53,649 nucleotides of DNA from a virus (Duplodnaviria > Caudoviricetes): IMG/VR virus record IMGVR_UViG_3300038678_000209, positions 1 to 53,649 of that record. The stretch is one strand, 5' to 3'. This document shows, in pieces, positions 36,800 to 44,807 of this stretch. Each line of letters starts with the position of its first letter. Positions within the stretch are counted from its first letter, which is position 1. The notes under the pieces are model-generated. The model worked only from the letters and a program-made list of their open reading frames with translations, was not told where the DNA came from and searched no databases. The translations under genes and the position numbers were made by a program.

Positions 36800-37297
36800 A
36801 TGTCGGAAGAGCAAGGATTCATGGACGTTTTGGCTGGGTTCATTCCCGTAGCCAGAGACACCGAAGTTGGGGACGGTGGTTACTTCATCCCCAAGGGCGA
36901 GAAGCATCTGTCTCTCAACACCGCCGAGTTCGAGCCGGGCACGAACGACTACGGCCCGTTCGTCAAGGCCACTCTCACATGGGGCATCTGCGACCCCGGT
37001 GAGGACCAGGACCGCGAGTTCTCGACGGTCTACTTCGTGAACACAATGAAGCCGGATAAAGGTACCGGCGTTGCTAAGCTGTCCTTTGGCGGTCAAGACC
37101 TGCTGCGCCTCGCCGCTGTATTTGCAGGTGAGCCGATTGCAGACAACAACCCTGTCAACGCCGCAGCGGTCATCCAGGGCTCCATTGGCGCCGTTATCAA
37201 AGCCAAGTGCTCCGCGCGCAAGAACCCAAAGACGGGCGACGAGTATCCACGCGTCCGCCCGCTCTCCCTGGAAGCTATCCCGGCAACCACTCAGTAA
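36800..37297 (+). CDS. Putative single-stranded DNA-binding protein (OB-fold)
   Basis: Position after the Sak4-like ATPase. Pattern IPKGE...YPRV. GAGGAG RBS. Confidence 0.55.
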   Translation: MSEEQGFMDVLAGFIPVARDTEVGDGGYFIPKGEKHLSLNTAEFEPGTNDYGPFVKATLTWGICDPGEDQDREFSTVYFVNTMKPDKGTGVAKLSFGGQDLLRLAAVFAGEPIADNNPVNAAAVIQGSIGAVIKAKCSARKNPKTGDEYPRVRPLSLEAIPATTQ

Positions 37298-37520
37298 GGC
37301 GGGAAGTACCGGGCGTGGCAGCTCGGAGAGACGAGCCGTTCGGCGCCAGCTAACGGTGGGGGCTGACAGGCGAGTTCAAGGCTCGCCCGCCGAAGTGGAG
37401 ACTGAATGGGGCGACACCTGCCCGAATGACAAATACGCATGGGCCATTGGTGGGGACCGGTTGGGGTCATGCGTTCCAGTCGTCCAAAGTGGCGTGACCG
37501 GGGAGAGAGTTCCCCCTTTC
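37298..37520 (+). ncRNA. Candidate structured ncRNA containing an anticodon-less tRNA-like domain
   Basis: Nearly fully base-pairable 220-nt intergenic region with a T-arm GGCGAG-TTCAAGG-CTCGCC (see findings). Confidence 0.55.
37443..37463 (+). repeat. Dispersed 21-bp element, copy 6
   Basis: 21/21. Lies in the structured intergenic region after the SSB-like gene. Confidence 0.95.
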
Positions 37521-37539
37521 TACTAAAGGAAAACTACCA

Positions 37540-37758
37540 GTGAAGTTCACAGTGAATAATTCTCCGCAGACCGACGTAACCTTCCGCGCGGAAATTGATG
37601 AAGACGGCGATCTAATGCTGTACGCCAACGACTGCAAGCTACTCTTCATTACACACAAGGGAGGCCACTTAGCTCGGATGAGCGTGCCGAACGACCGGCG
37701 CGCGGCGTTGGCAGGGCTCTCATTCGATGAAGAAGACCACATTGAACTATCTGTATGA
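37540..37758 (+). CDS. Small hypothetical protein
   Basis: AAGGA RBS, GTG start. Confidence 0.65.
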   Translation: MKFTVNNSPQTDVTFRAEIDEDGDLMLYANDCKLLFITHKGGHLARMSVPNDRRAALAGLSFDEEDHIELSV

Positions 37759-37919
37759 GCAGAACGCACAAAGGACAAAAAGGCGCCGGGTACGAATACT
37801 GGCAAACGCGAATCTCCAAGTGGTTGCGCTCGCCGGGTTCGTGGACCAAGCGCACGACTAACCGCATCCTGCGCCGCACGCGCAAACAGAAAGACAAGAG
37901 TCAATGCCACCAACCGTAG
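37755..37919 (+). CDS. 54-aa basic protein (below the ORF-track cutoff)
   Basis: ATGA overlap. MSRTHKGQKGAGYEYW...WTKRTTNRILRR. Confidence 0.6.
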   Translation: MSRTHKGQKGAGYEYWQTRISKWLRSPGSWTKRTTNRILRRTRKQKDKSQCHQP

Positions 37920-38401
37920 TCCTTCATGGGTTCACCGTGGACCCCCGTCGCGATTGTGTAACGTGCCGGGAATGCGGCGCTTCTTTCGCTGCGATTGGGT
38001 TGCGCACTCAGGCGTTGCGTGTAGCGCGGTTGATGGGGCGCCCTTCGATCAACGTGCATCACTGCGCCGAACCACCGGCACCAGCAGTCCACATCGCTTG
38101 CGTGGCGCAACTCGTGTCTCTGGATCAACCTGCGCACGAGCCCAAGCATCTGCCTGGCGAGCCGGGGTTTGAACACGAGGTTGAGTGCGAACCGGCTGTG
38201 TGCCGATGGTGCAAGGACAAGCGCGAGATAACCATCAACTTCAAGACCAGGCCGTGCGATTGCGTGAAGCAGGAGAACACCGGTTGCGTGGGACAGGAGG
38301 ACATCGGCAGCGGGTGGGAAGTGCTCCTCGACGCCGCGCAGACGCAGGAGAAAATCGGTAGGGGGTGGAAAGTCAAGCATGAGTACCGCGGGCTTTGGTA
38401 A
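37904..38401 (+). CDS. Cys-rich hypothetical protein
   Basis: CREC and CRWC...PCDC motifs. Confidence 0.5.
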   Translation: MPPTVVLHGFTVDPRRDCVTCRECGASFAAIGLRTQALRVARLMGRPSINVHHCAEPPAPAVHIACVAQLVSLDQPAHEPKHLPGEPGFEHEVECEPAVCRWCKDKREITINFKTRPCDCVKQENTGCVGQEDIGSGWEVLLDAAQTQEKIGRGWKVKHEYRGLW

Positions 38402-38404
38402 CGA

Positions 38405-38425
38405 CAACCGGTCCCCACCAATGGC
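38405..38425 (-). repeat. Dispersed 21-bp element, copy 7
   Basis: 21/21 as reverse complement. Intergenic, 3 nt after the stop at 38401. Confidence 0.95.
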
Positions 38426-38452
38426 AGAATTTGTATTTAACGGAGAAAACTA

Positions 38453-38674
38453 ATGAAGATTGTGGACACAGTTGAAGCTCCTAAAATGTGTACGGTGTGT
38501 GATATTGAGGACGGGGGAACGTTCGAGTGGGATGGAAGCTACTACATCCGTCCGGGGTACGGCGTGCGACGTACAGGAGACATCGGCGGGGTGGGTCTAG
38601 CGACTGGCGACTTTGTTTCTAATTCTGTTACGTTGATGGTGCGCCGTGTGACAATGGAAGCGCGCGTGTTGTGA
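38453..38674 (+). CDS. Small beta-barrel-like hypothetical protein
   Basis: GGAG RBS. Weak resemblance to 26650-26886. Confidence 0.65.
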   Translation: MKIVDTVEAPKMCTVCDIEDGGTFEWDGSYYIRPGYGVRRTGDIGGVGLATGDFVSNSVTLMVRRVTMEARVL

Positions 38675-39168
38675 GGCAAACGCAGGTACAACTAGACTTG
38701 CACACGCACTGGCGGGCGCCGGGGCAGGCGAGCGGGGTCAAGGTGCGGTTGGCTGCGGCCAAGATGCCGATGGCTGTGAAGATTGCCATGCGCAGTTTGC
38801 CCGCGCAAACACGGATTGCGTGGGGTGGGCCGTATTCGCAAGAGCCGCCGGCCATGCGTGTGGTGTGGGGGTGGCCACTAGCGGATGACTGGCACAAGAT
38901 CGGCGTGTACTCGGGCTTGGCCGACAGCGACCCACGCACGCGAATGCGTTGGACCGTCTCCAAGCGCGCGCTGCGGTTGCAGATGGGACACGAAACACTT
39001 CCCTGTAGCAAATGGAATGGCGTGTTGTCCTGCGATCCCGACGAGAAAACCCCAATGCGCATAGTTCTACATGCGCGCCCGCAATTGTACGTACTCCGCA
39101 CGCCCCCGCGGGAGCGCCCCGTCGCCCCGAAACTTGGGACCCCCTTCCCAGAGATTGTGCTGCCATGA
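38671..39168 (+). CDS. Hypothetical protein upstream of the helicase-like gene
   Basis: GTGA and ATGA overlaps with both neighbours. Confidence 0.55.
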   Translation: MRQTQVQLDLHTHWRAPGQASGVKVRLAAAKMPMAVKIAMRSLPAQTRIAWGGPYSQEPPAMRVVWGWPLADDWHKIGVYSGLADSDPRTRMRWTVSKRALRLQMGHETLPCSKWNGVLSCDPDEKTPMRIVLHARPQLYVLRTPPRERPVAPKLGTPFPEIVLP

Positions 39169-39362
39169 GTGGTTGTATTGGTAGGCACAGACCCCGCTCT
39201 CCCGTCGAGGAGAACGCAGAACGCCAACAACCGGAAAACTGGGTTGTCTGTAGCCATTGCAATTGCCGCATGATTGGCTGCGGTGGTGTACCTTGGACGC
39301 ATACGTGCGGGACTTGTGGGAAGCCTGTGTGCGATGACTGCGAGCGGCAATGCAACGGTTAG
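39165..39362 (+). CDS. Small Zn-ribbon protein
   Basis: CSHC...CGTCGKPVCDDC. Confidence 0.5.
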   Translation: MSGCIGRHRPRSPVEENAERQQPENWVVCSHCNCRMIGCGGVPWTHTCGTCGKPVCDDCERQCNG

Positions 39363-40519
39363 ACGAGCTGTACCAAGAAGCGTTTGGGTGGGGGCCTGCG
39401 CAACTGGCGTGTGTGCATCTGGCGCTGGGGTGCTATCTGGCGCCGCGGTGGCCGATGCACCAGAGCCCCGCGTGGGCCGTTATGGTTGGTCCGCAATCGT
39501 GTGGCAAGAGCACGATACTGAGCATGTTTGACGGCATCCCATACAGCGTGTGCGTGGACCATCTAACACGCAATGCGCTTACGTCGTGCTACTCGGACGA
39601 AGATGACCCGGAGGCGGACCACTCACTGTTCCACAAGCTGTCGGTGAACACGCATCCGGTAGGAGAGAAAGTGTGGATTGTGCAAGAGCTGTCGTCTATA
39701 CTCGCGATGGAGCCTGTGGTTCTGGAGAAGCACTTTGCCGATCTACGCGCGGCGCACGTGGGTAAGCACGTATCACATGGTGGGATGAGTGGTACACGCG
39801 TCCGCAACATCGGGTCGTTTGGTATGCTGATCGGGACTACGGAGGCGTTCGAGCCGATACGCGCCAAGATGACTACCTTTGGGGACCGCTTCCTGGCGAT
39901 CCGCATGGCCCGGCACGCGGACGCATTCGAGGACCTGCGCGCTGAGTCTGATCGCGCTTGGGCTTGCGACGCGAGCAAGCAGGCTCGGATGAAGCTCCTA
40001 ATCCGGGAGGAGACGCACAAGATCATCAATCGCGGCATCGCCAACTTGTCAAGTCCGGTAGCCGGGAACGACCCGCCTGCAATTTCTATTCCGCCTGCGC
40101 TAGCGGATCGGTTGTCGGCGTGGACCACGATCCACAGCACATTCGCGACGGCGCCGCTGCATAACGGCGTACTAGCAACAGCGGTGGGCAAGCCGTACCG
40201 TATAGTGGAGCAAGTGCGGTCGTGGGGAGATACCCACGCGCTGCTGGATGAACGGACTGAATGGAACGAGTCCGAAATATCTGTGGCCCGGCGCGTGTTT
40301 CAGGATTCCATGCCGCGAGGCCATTGGGATTTGTTATCGGCGCTCGCGCAGCCCAACGGTGCGCCTACCACGAACATGAACCTGATTCGGCAGTGGGCTT
40401 ATTTGGGTGCAGTGGAAACCACAGATGGTTCGGACATAGAATGGCGTAGGGACCAGTCGTACCGTCTTACGGAGAAGTATCGCCAAATGGCGGAAAGGAC
40501 AAGGTATTTCGATGAATAA
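39350..40519 (+). CDS. AAA+ ATPase, putative replicative helicase (MCM/SF3-like)
   Basis: Walker A VGPQSCGKST, Walker B-like WIVQEL, arginine-finger-like GDRFL. Confidence 0.6.
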   Translation: MQRLDELYQEAFGWGPAQLACVHLALGCYLAPRWPMHQSPAWAVMVGPQSCGKSTILSMFDGIPYSVCVDHLTRNALTSCYSDEDDPEADHSLFHKLSVNTHPVGEKVWIVQELSSILAMEPVVLEKHFADLRAAHVGKHVSHGGMSGTRVRNIGSFGMLIGTTEAFEPIRAKMTTFGDRFLAIRMARHADAFEDLRAESDRAWACDASKQARMKLLIREETHKIINRGIANLSSPVAGNDPPAISIPPALADRLSAWTTIHSTFATAPLHNGVLATAVGKPYRIVEQVRSWGDTHALLDERTEWNESEISVARRVFQDSMPRGHWDLLSALAQPNGAPTTNMNLIRQWAYLGAVETTDGSDIEWRRDQSYRLTEKYRQMAERTRYFDE

Positions 40520-40862
40520 CACGCGACAAACTAGGGTATACGTTGCAGGTCCATACTCTGGTGGGGACACTGCTGTGAACGTGAGGACAGCGATAATCGC
40601 TGCAAACCAATTGCGAGACCGCAGATTTGCGCCGTTTGTTCCACATCTTACACACTTTTGGCACCTGGTTTGCCCGCGGGATTACGAAGACTGGCTAGAC
40701 CTGGACAATCAGTTCTTGCCGTGTTGCGATTGCGTGCTGCGGCTGCCTGGAGAGTCCAGCGGCGCGGACAAAGAAGTGGAACTGGCACGGTCTCTCGGTC
40801 TCCCGGTGTACAAATCGATTTGCGACCTACTGCACGAGGAAGAGGTGTCCCGTGAACAATAA
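40512..40862 (+). CDS. DUF4406/nucleoside 2-deoxyribosyltransferase-like protein
   Basis: VYVAGPYS...PFVPHL...CD.VLRLPGESSGADKE.ELA..LGLPV. Confidence 0.8.
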   Translation: MNNTRQTRVYVAGPYSGGDTAVNVRTAIIAANQLRDRRFAPFVPHLTHFWHLVCPRDYEDWLDLDNQFLPCCDCVLRLPGESSGADKEVELARSLGLPVYKSICDLLHEEEVSREQ

Positions 40863-41448
40863 ATGGTGCAAAACAGTTGACGGCAAGGAAATCAACCTGT
40901 TTGATCCGGACCCATCACTATTTACGGTGGACCGCATCGCGAACGCGTTAGCGCGGATCAACCGGTTTGCGGGCGCCTGGGAACGCGCCGTCAGTGTAGC
41001 CCGCCATTCCATGCGCGTGGCCGAACGGTTGCGCTCCGATGGCTGTGACATCGAAACCCAGTTGCAGGGCCTCTTCCACGATGCCGCCGAAGCCTTCACC
41101 ACTGACATTCCTTCCCCGCTAAAGCGGCTCTTATCTATCAAAGTTCCATCGACGCGCGAGCAGGGGCGCTTGAGCTTTGGGGTATTCGAGGACGAAATGC
41201 TGCGCCAAATCTTCAATCGCTTAGAGATTGTGTGGCCCCTGCGGCTGGAAACAGAAAAGGCCGACGAGATGCTCACGGAACACGAAAAGCCTTGGGTTGC
41301 TGGCAAAGAGTGTGACTTGTACTGCTTCCTGTCGACGGACCCAGACGTTGTTGCGGCGGCGTTCAAGTACCGTGCGGAGAAGCTATTCTATGAACGCGCG
41401 CATACCAGCGACATACCAACGGAGGAGCTTCCAAGTGGCACGACATAA
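40852..41448 (+). CDS. HD-domain phosphohydrolase (YfbR-like 5'-deoxynucleotidase)
   Basis: IANALARINRFAG, SVARHS, LFHDAAEAF..DIPSPLK, AD..L..E. Confidence 0.88.
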   Translation: MNNKWCKTVDGKEINLFDPDPSLFTVDRIANALARINRFAGAWERAVSVARHSMRVAERLRSDGCDIETQLQGLFHDAAEAFTTDIPSPLKRLLSIKVPSTREQGRLSFGVFEDEMLRQIFNRLEIVWPLRLETEKADEMLTEHEKPWVAGKECDLYCFLSTDPDVVAAAFKYRAEKLFYERAHTSDIPTEELPSGTT

Positions 41449-41722
41449 TCTAATCCAATGTGACCTATGCGGGGAGGTCATTCCAAAGCCCGCCGTCGTC
41501 AGGTTCTCAGCAGTTTTACGGTGGTCCAATATATCTCCAAATGGAACAGCAATCCCGGAAAAGGACGTGCCCGTTACTTTGGGGGACCTGTGTTTGAGTT
41601 GCCTTATACTCCTCAAGAGTGGGTTGCACTTTCAGGTGGTAAAATGGGTGGAAGAACACACTAAAGCAGCGGTCGGAAAGTTGCCGTACCGAGTTGTTGA
41701 CCAACCACCTACGGAAAGATAG
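41435..41722 (+). CDS. Small Zn-binding protein, last gene of the plus arm
   Basis: GGAGGAG RBS before the GTG at 41435. CDLC...DLCLSC. Confidence 0.55.
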   Translation: MARHNLIQCDLCGEVIPKPAVVRFSAVLRWSNISPNGTAIPEKDVPVTLGDLCLSCLILLKSGLHFQVVKWVEEHTKAAVGKLPYRVVDQPPTER

Positions 41723-44700
41723 TCGGGACGCGGGTGCGCTGGCGTCCTATGCTGTAAATGTCAACTTCAGACATAGGATCGAGTTCGTTGGTGTAGGTGG
41801 GCAGCTCAGCCGCGACTGGCTTGTACAGGCCACTGCGAACGGCGCGGCCGACTGGCCCTTGGAACGCGGCTGCTTCGTAGAACGGGCGCACGTCGCGCGG
41901 TAGGGCGGATAACTGCTTCTCGATACGGGTCATCTTGCGGCGCCGCTGCATCTGCTTCAACTGGTCCGTTGTGAGCGCGATCGGGTGGCCAAACCGACGC
42001 TCATGCTCGGCCTCGATGTTGGACGCTTTGGTAGCATCGTTGGCGAACAGAGCGTCCAAGTAGAGCCGGCGCGTTTCCTTGATCGCGTTCGAGTCCAGCC
42101 GCAACCGGTTTGCCAGTTCAGCTTCCTGGTCAATTGCGCCGCCCTTGATTCCCAGCGAGTGACGGACAAGTTCCCACGGCTTGTAGTACCCGACCAGGCT
42201 GCCCTTCCCGGTATACACGGGAATGCGGCCGGTGTGCGGGTCTCGGCCTGCGTAATTGGCGTGCTTGCGGTTGAGCCACCGAGCGGCCGGCTTGCCCACG
42301 CCCTCATTGATTCCTGGCACCAACCCCAGAGCGCGAGCGGCTGCCACGCCGCCAGGTACCAGCAACGGCATCTGCCGCGTGAACTGGTCCCAGTCTCCGG
42401 ACCCCGCCGCAGATAGAAACCCCCCCACTACGGTCGCGGCTGGGGGCACGATAGGAAGCGGCGCCAAAATGCTTCCGCGGTCATCGACGTTTGTAAAAGA
42501 CGGCAGCGCACCTCCAATCAGGGCATCCTTCATGCTCACGCCGAACGTCTGGCCGACTTCCATAGTCGCCCACGAGAACATGATCTGGCGAGAGATTTGC
42601 GAGAAGTCCCGATCTTCAATCGCGCGCCGGAATCCCTCCAGCGTAAACTCAGTGAATTTCGTGGGGAACATGGCCAATTGCCGAATGACCGGCTGCCCAA
42701 ACGCCCCAGCAGGAAGGAACGCCATCGGGGTATCAGTCAATCCTGGCACGAACTGGGTCCGCACAGCCACTTGGTGTGCGTGCTTGATCGCTTCCGCCCC
42801 GCGCATGCCACCTGCTTTAGCGTGTGTCAGGCCAGCGTAAAACCCCGTCATACGCACGTTGGTTTCCGACAGCTTGAACATTGACATGGCTGCACGCTTG
42901 GCTTTCTCTACCGTACTTACACCGATAGGCGCCGTCTTTTGCAACCGGTAAGCAGATTCCATAGCGCGTCCAAGCACCTCGTCCGTGAGTGGGCTACCGT
43001 GCAATCCAGATTCTACAAACTCAGGGAACGCGCGCTTGATTGCGTCTGTGTGTCCAAGTTTTTGCGCTAGCCGCGCCTCGAAATACCGCGGCATCCGCTT
43101 CAGCACTTCCAATTGACCCGCAAGTGCGTTCCCCCCGCCTACCAGCGTTGAAGTTGTAAGAACTGTCTGGAACGTGTTCTTGAACGCAGCAGACGGGTTG
43201 AGCCCTAGCGTGCTCAGGTAGAAGTAGCTAGCAACCGAGTGGGAGAACCCACGCAGGCTGAAGGCGCCCATGCTGCTACTATACATGTCCCGCATGTGGT
43301 TGGCAAAGTCGTCGCCCACTGCCGCCCGGACTCGCGGTGATTCCATTAGGCCGATGACTTGCCCCCACCGCTGGTCCCATAACTGTGCATTGAGAGCCTG
43401 ACGGGGTGTCGGCCTACCCAGCGCAGACGGGATGACGGTGTTCTCCAGCATACGCGCGCGCCAGCCGGACCGTGCGTCTACCTTACCAAGCAGCTTTGCG
43501 CGCTGTAACTCTCCGAGAATCTTTGGCCCGTTCCCGCGGATCGACCACGCATACGTATTCCCGATTGAGTGATAGTAGTTCTGGAGGACTGGTTCCAGGC
43601 GCAGTGAATACTGCTTGGGCATGTGCTCTGCGATGCCAGTCACGAACAGGTCCCGCTCGCCGTCCGCCACAAGGTTTTTGCCCTGCGCGGTAATCTCATC
43701 CAGCGTCTTACGGCGGAACGTTCGGAGCGTGCGGTCGGACAGTCCTGCTTTTCCAAATCCCTTGAGCAGCTTGTCCTTTACGCCGTTCTGCAATCGGGTC
43801 AGGGCCGCAGGGTCCACCAAGTCCCCGAGGAGCCCGAGTTCCTGGAGCGCCGGCATCATAGCGCCCTCGCGGCGGTAAAACTCTCGACCCAAAAACGTAA
43901 CGGTTTGCAGTTGCGCCTTGCGGGAAAACTCTTGCCCATTTGCTGTAGCGGTGATCGCATCGTGTAGCCGTTTGGCGTCGGCCTGCGTTCGGATCGTCCG
44001 GTGCGGCATGTAGTCCGGGACGCCTTTCCACTTGCCCTGCTTGAGCCACGTTTGCATGGCCTTCATGTCGGACACGTCGTAGCCCAGCCCCTCCAAGCGC
44101 TTCGCTGTGTCCCGCAGTCCAGTGATAAACTCCGGCCGGTTGAACACATGATCGCGTGTATGGTCTAACGCCACCCGCACATCTGCGCTCAGTTGGCGCA
44201 GGGCAGGGGTCATGGCTTCTTCAAGGCGCGGCACCAGCGGCCCAACATCCTTCCACCCGTGTGGTGCTTTCAGGTGCAGCTTTTCCCCGTGCAGGAACGC
44301 CATCACTTGCTCACGCGCATTAGGCATTCGCCCTGCAGCGCGTGTGTACTTATCAAATGCAGGTGCGAGCATCCCGTCCACGTATGTGCTATTGATCTCG
44401 TTTTTGGCAAGAACAATGTCGTCTAGAAGGTCAGGCACCGGCGTCCCGCGAAACGCCCCACGTGCCCCCGCAAAACCGCGCAACACGGGTATACGCGCCA
44501 ACATGCCGTCAATTTGGCTCTTGACTTTGAACAACGCTTTGGCTGACGGGATCGGAGAAACGAATGTGAGTGCGATGGACATCATGACCGCGGGGTTGGT
44601 CAGGGTCTCCATGATGCGGCCCTGTAACGAGTCGCGGCGGATTCCCCACTTGCGCAGGAGTTGATCCCGTTCCCCAATGGTCAGGGATTCGGGGGAGAGC

Positions 44701-44804
44701 ATAGACCGCCAGCCGGCATCTAGGTCCCCCATTGAAATGGCCTGGAACGCTTGCCCCGGCCTGTCGAGAATCCCGATTGGCGCTATGCCTGGTCCGTCCG
44801 GCAC
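41709..44804 (-). CDS. Large internal virion/DNA ejection-like protein
   Basis: 1031 aa, helical and polyvalent-like (LGLNPSAAFKN.FQ), last gene of the virion arm. Confidence 0.55.
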   Translation of the reverse strand: MPDGPGIAPIGILDRPGQAFQAISMGDLDAGWRSMLSPESLTIGERDQLLRKWGIRRDSLQGRIMETLTNPAVMMSIALTFVSPIPSAKALFKVKSQIDGMLARIPVLRGFAGARGAFRGTPVPDLLDDIVLAKNEINSTYVDGMLAPAFDKYTRAAGRMPNAREQVMAFLHGEKLHLKAPHGWKDVGPLVPRLEEAMTPALRQLSADVRVALDHTRDHVFNRPEFITGLRDTAKRLEGLGYDVSDMKAMQTWLKQGKWKGVPDYMPHRTIRTQADAKRLHDAITATANGQEFSRKAQLQTVTFLGREFYRREGAMMPALQELGLLGDLVDPAALTRLQNGVKDKLLKGFGKAGLSDRTLRTFRRKTLDEITAQGKNLVADGERDLFVTGIAEHMPKQYSLRLEPVLQNYYHSIGNTYAWSIRGNGPKILGELQRAKLLGKVDARSGWRARMLENTVIPSALGRPTPRQALNAQLWDQRWGQVIGLMESPRVRAAVGDDFANHMRDMYSSSMGAFSLRGFSHSVASYFYLSTLGLNPSAAFKNTFQTVLTTSTLVGGGNALAGQLEVLKRMPRYFEARLAQKLGHTDAIKRAFPEFVESGLHGSPLTDEVLGRAMESAYRLQKTAPIGVSTVEKAKRAAMSMFKLSETNVRMTGFYAGLTHAKAGGMRGAEAIKHAHQVAVRTQFVPGLTDTPMAFLPAGAFGQPVIRQLAMFPTKFTEFTLEGFRRAIEDRDFSQISRQIMFSWATMEVGQTFGVSMKDALIGGALPSFTNVDDRGSILAPLPIVPPAATVVGGFLSAAGSGDWDQFTRQMPLLVPGGVAAARALGLVPGINEGVGKPAARWLNRKHANYAGRDPHTGRIPVYTGKGSLVGYYKPWELVRHSLGIKGGAIDQEAELANRLRLDSNAIKETRRLYLDALFANDATKASNIEAEHERRFGHPIALTTDQLKQMQRRRKMTRIEKQLSALPRDVRPFYEAAAFQGPVGRAVRSGLYKPVAAELPTYTNELDPMSEVDIYSIGRQRTRVPTIFP

Positions 44805-44807
44805 AAG

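Noticed and set aside
37339-37394. Functional tRNA gene
   Set aside because: It is only 56 nt, with no anticodon arm and no CCA. Reported as a tRNA-like element instead.
33672-41448. Complete Z-base (2-aminoadenine) genome system
   Set aside because: No PurZ or adenylosuccinate synthetase-like ORF is visible.
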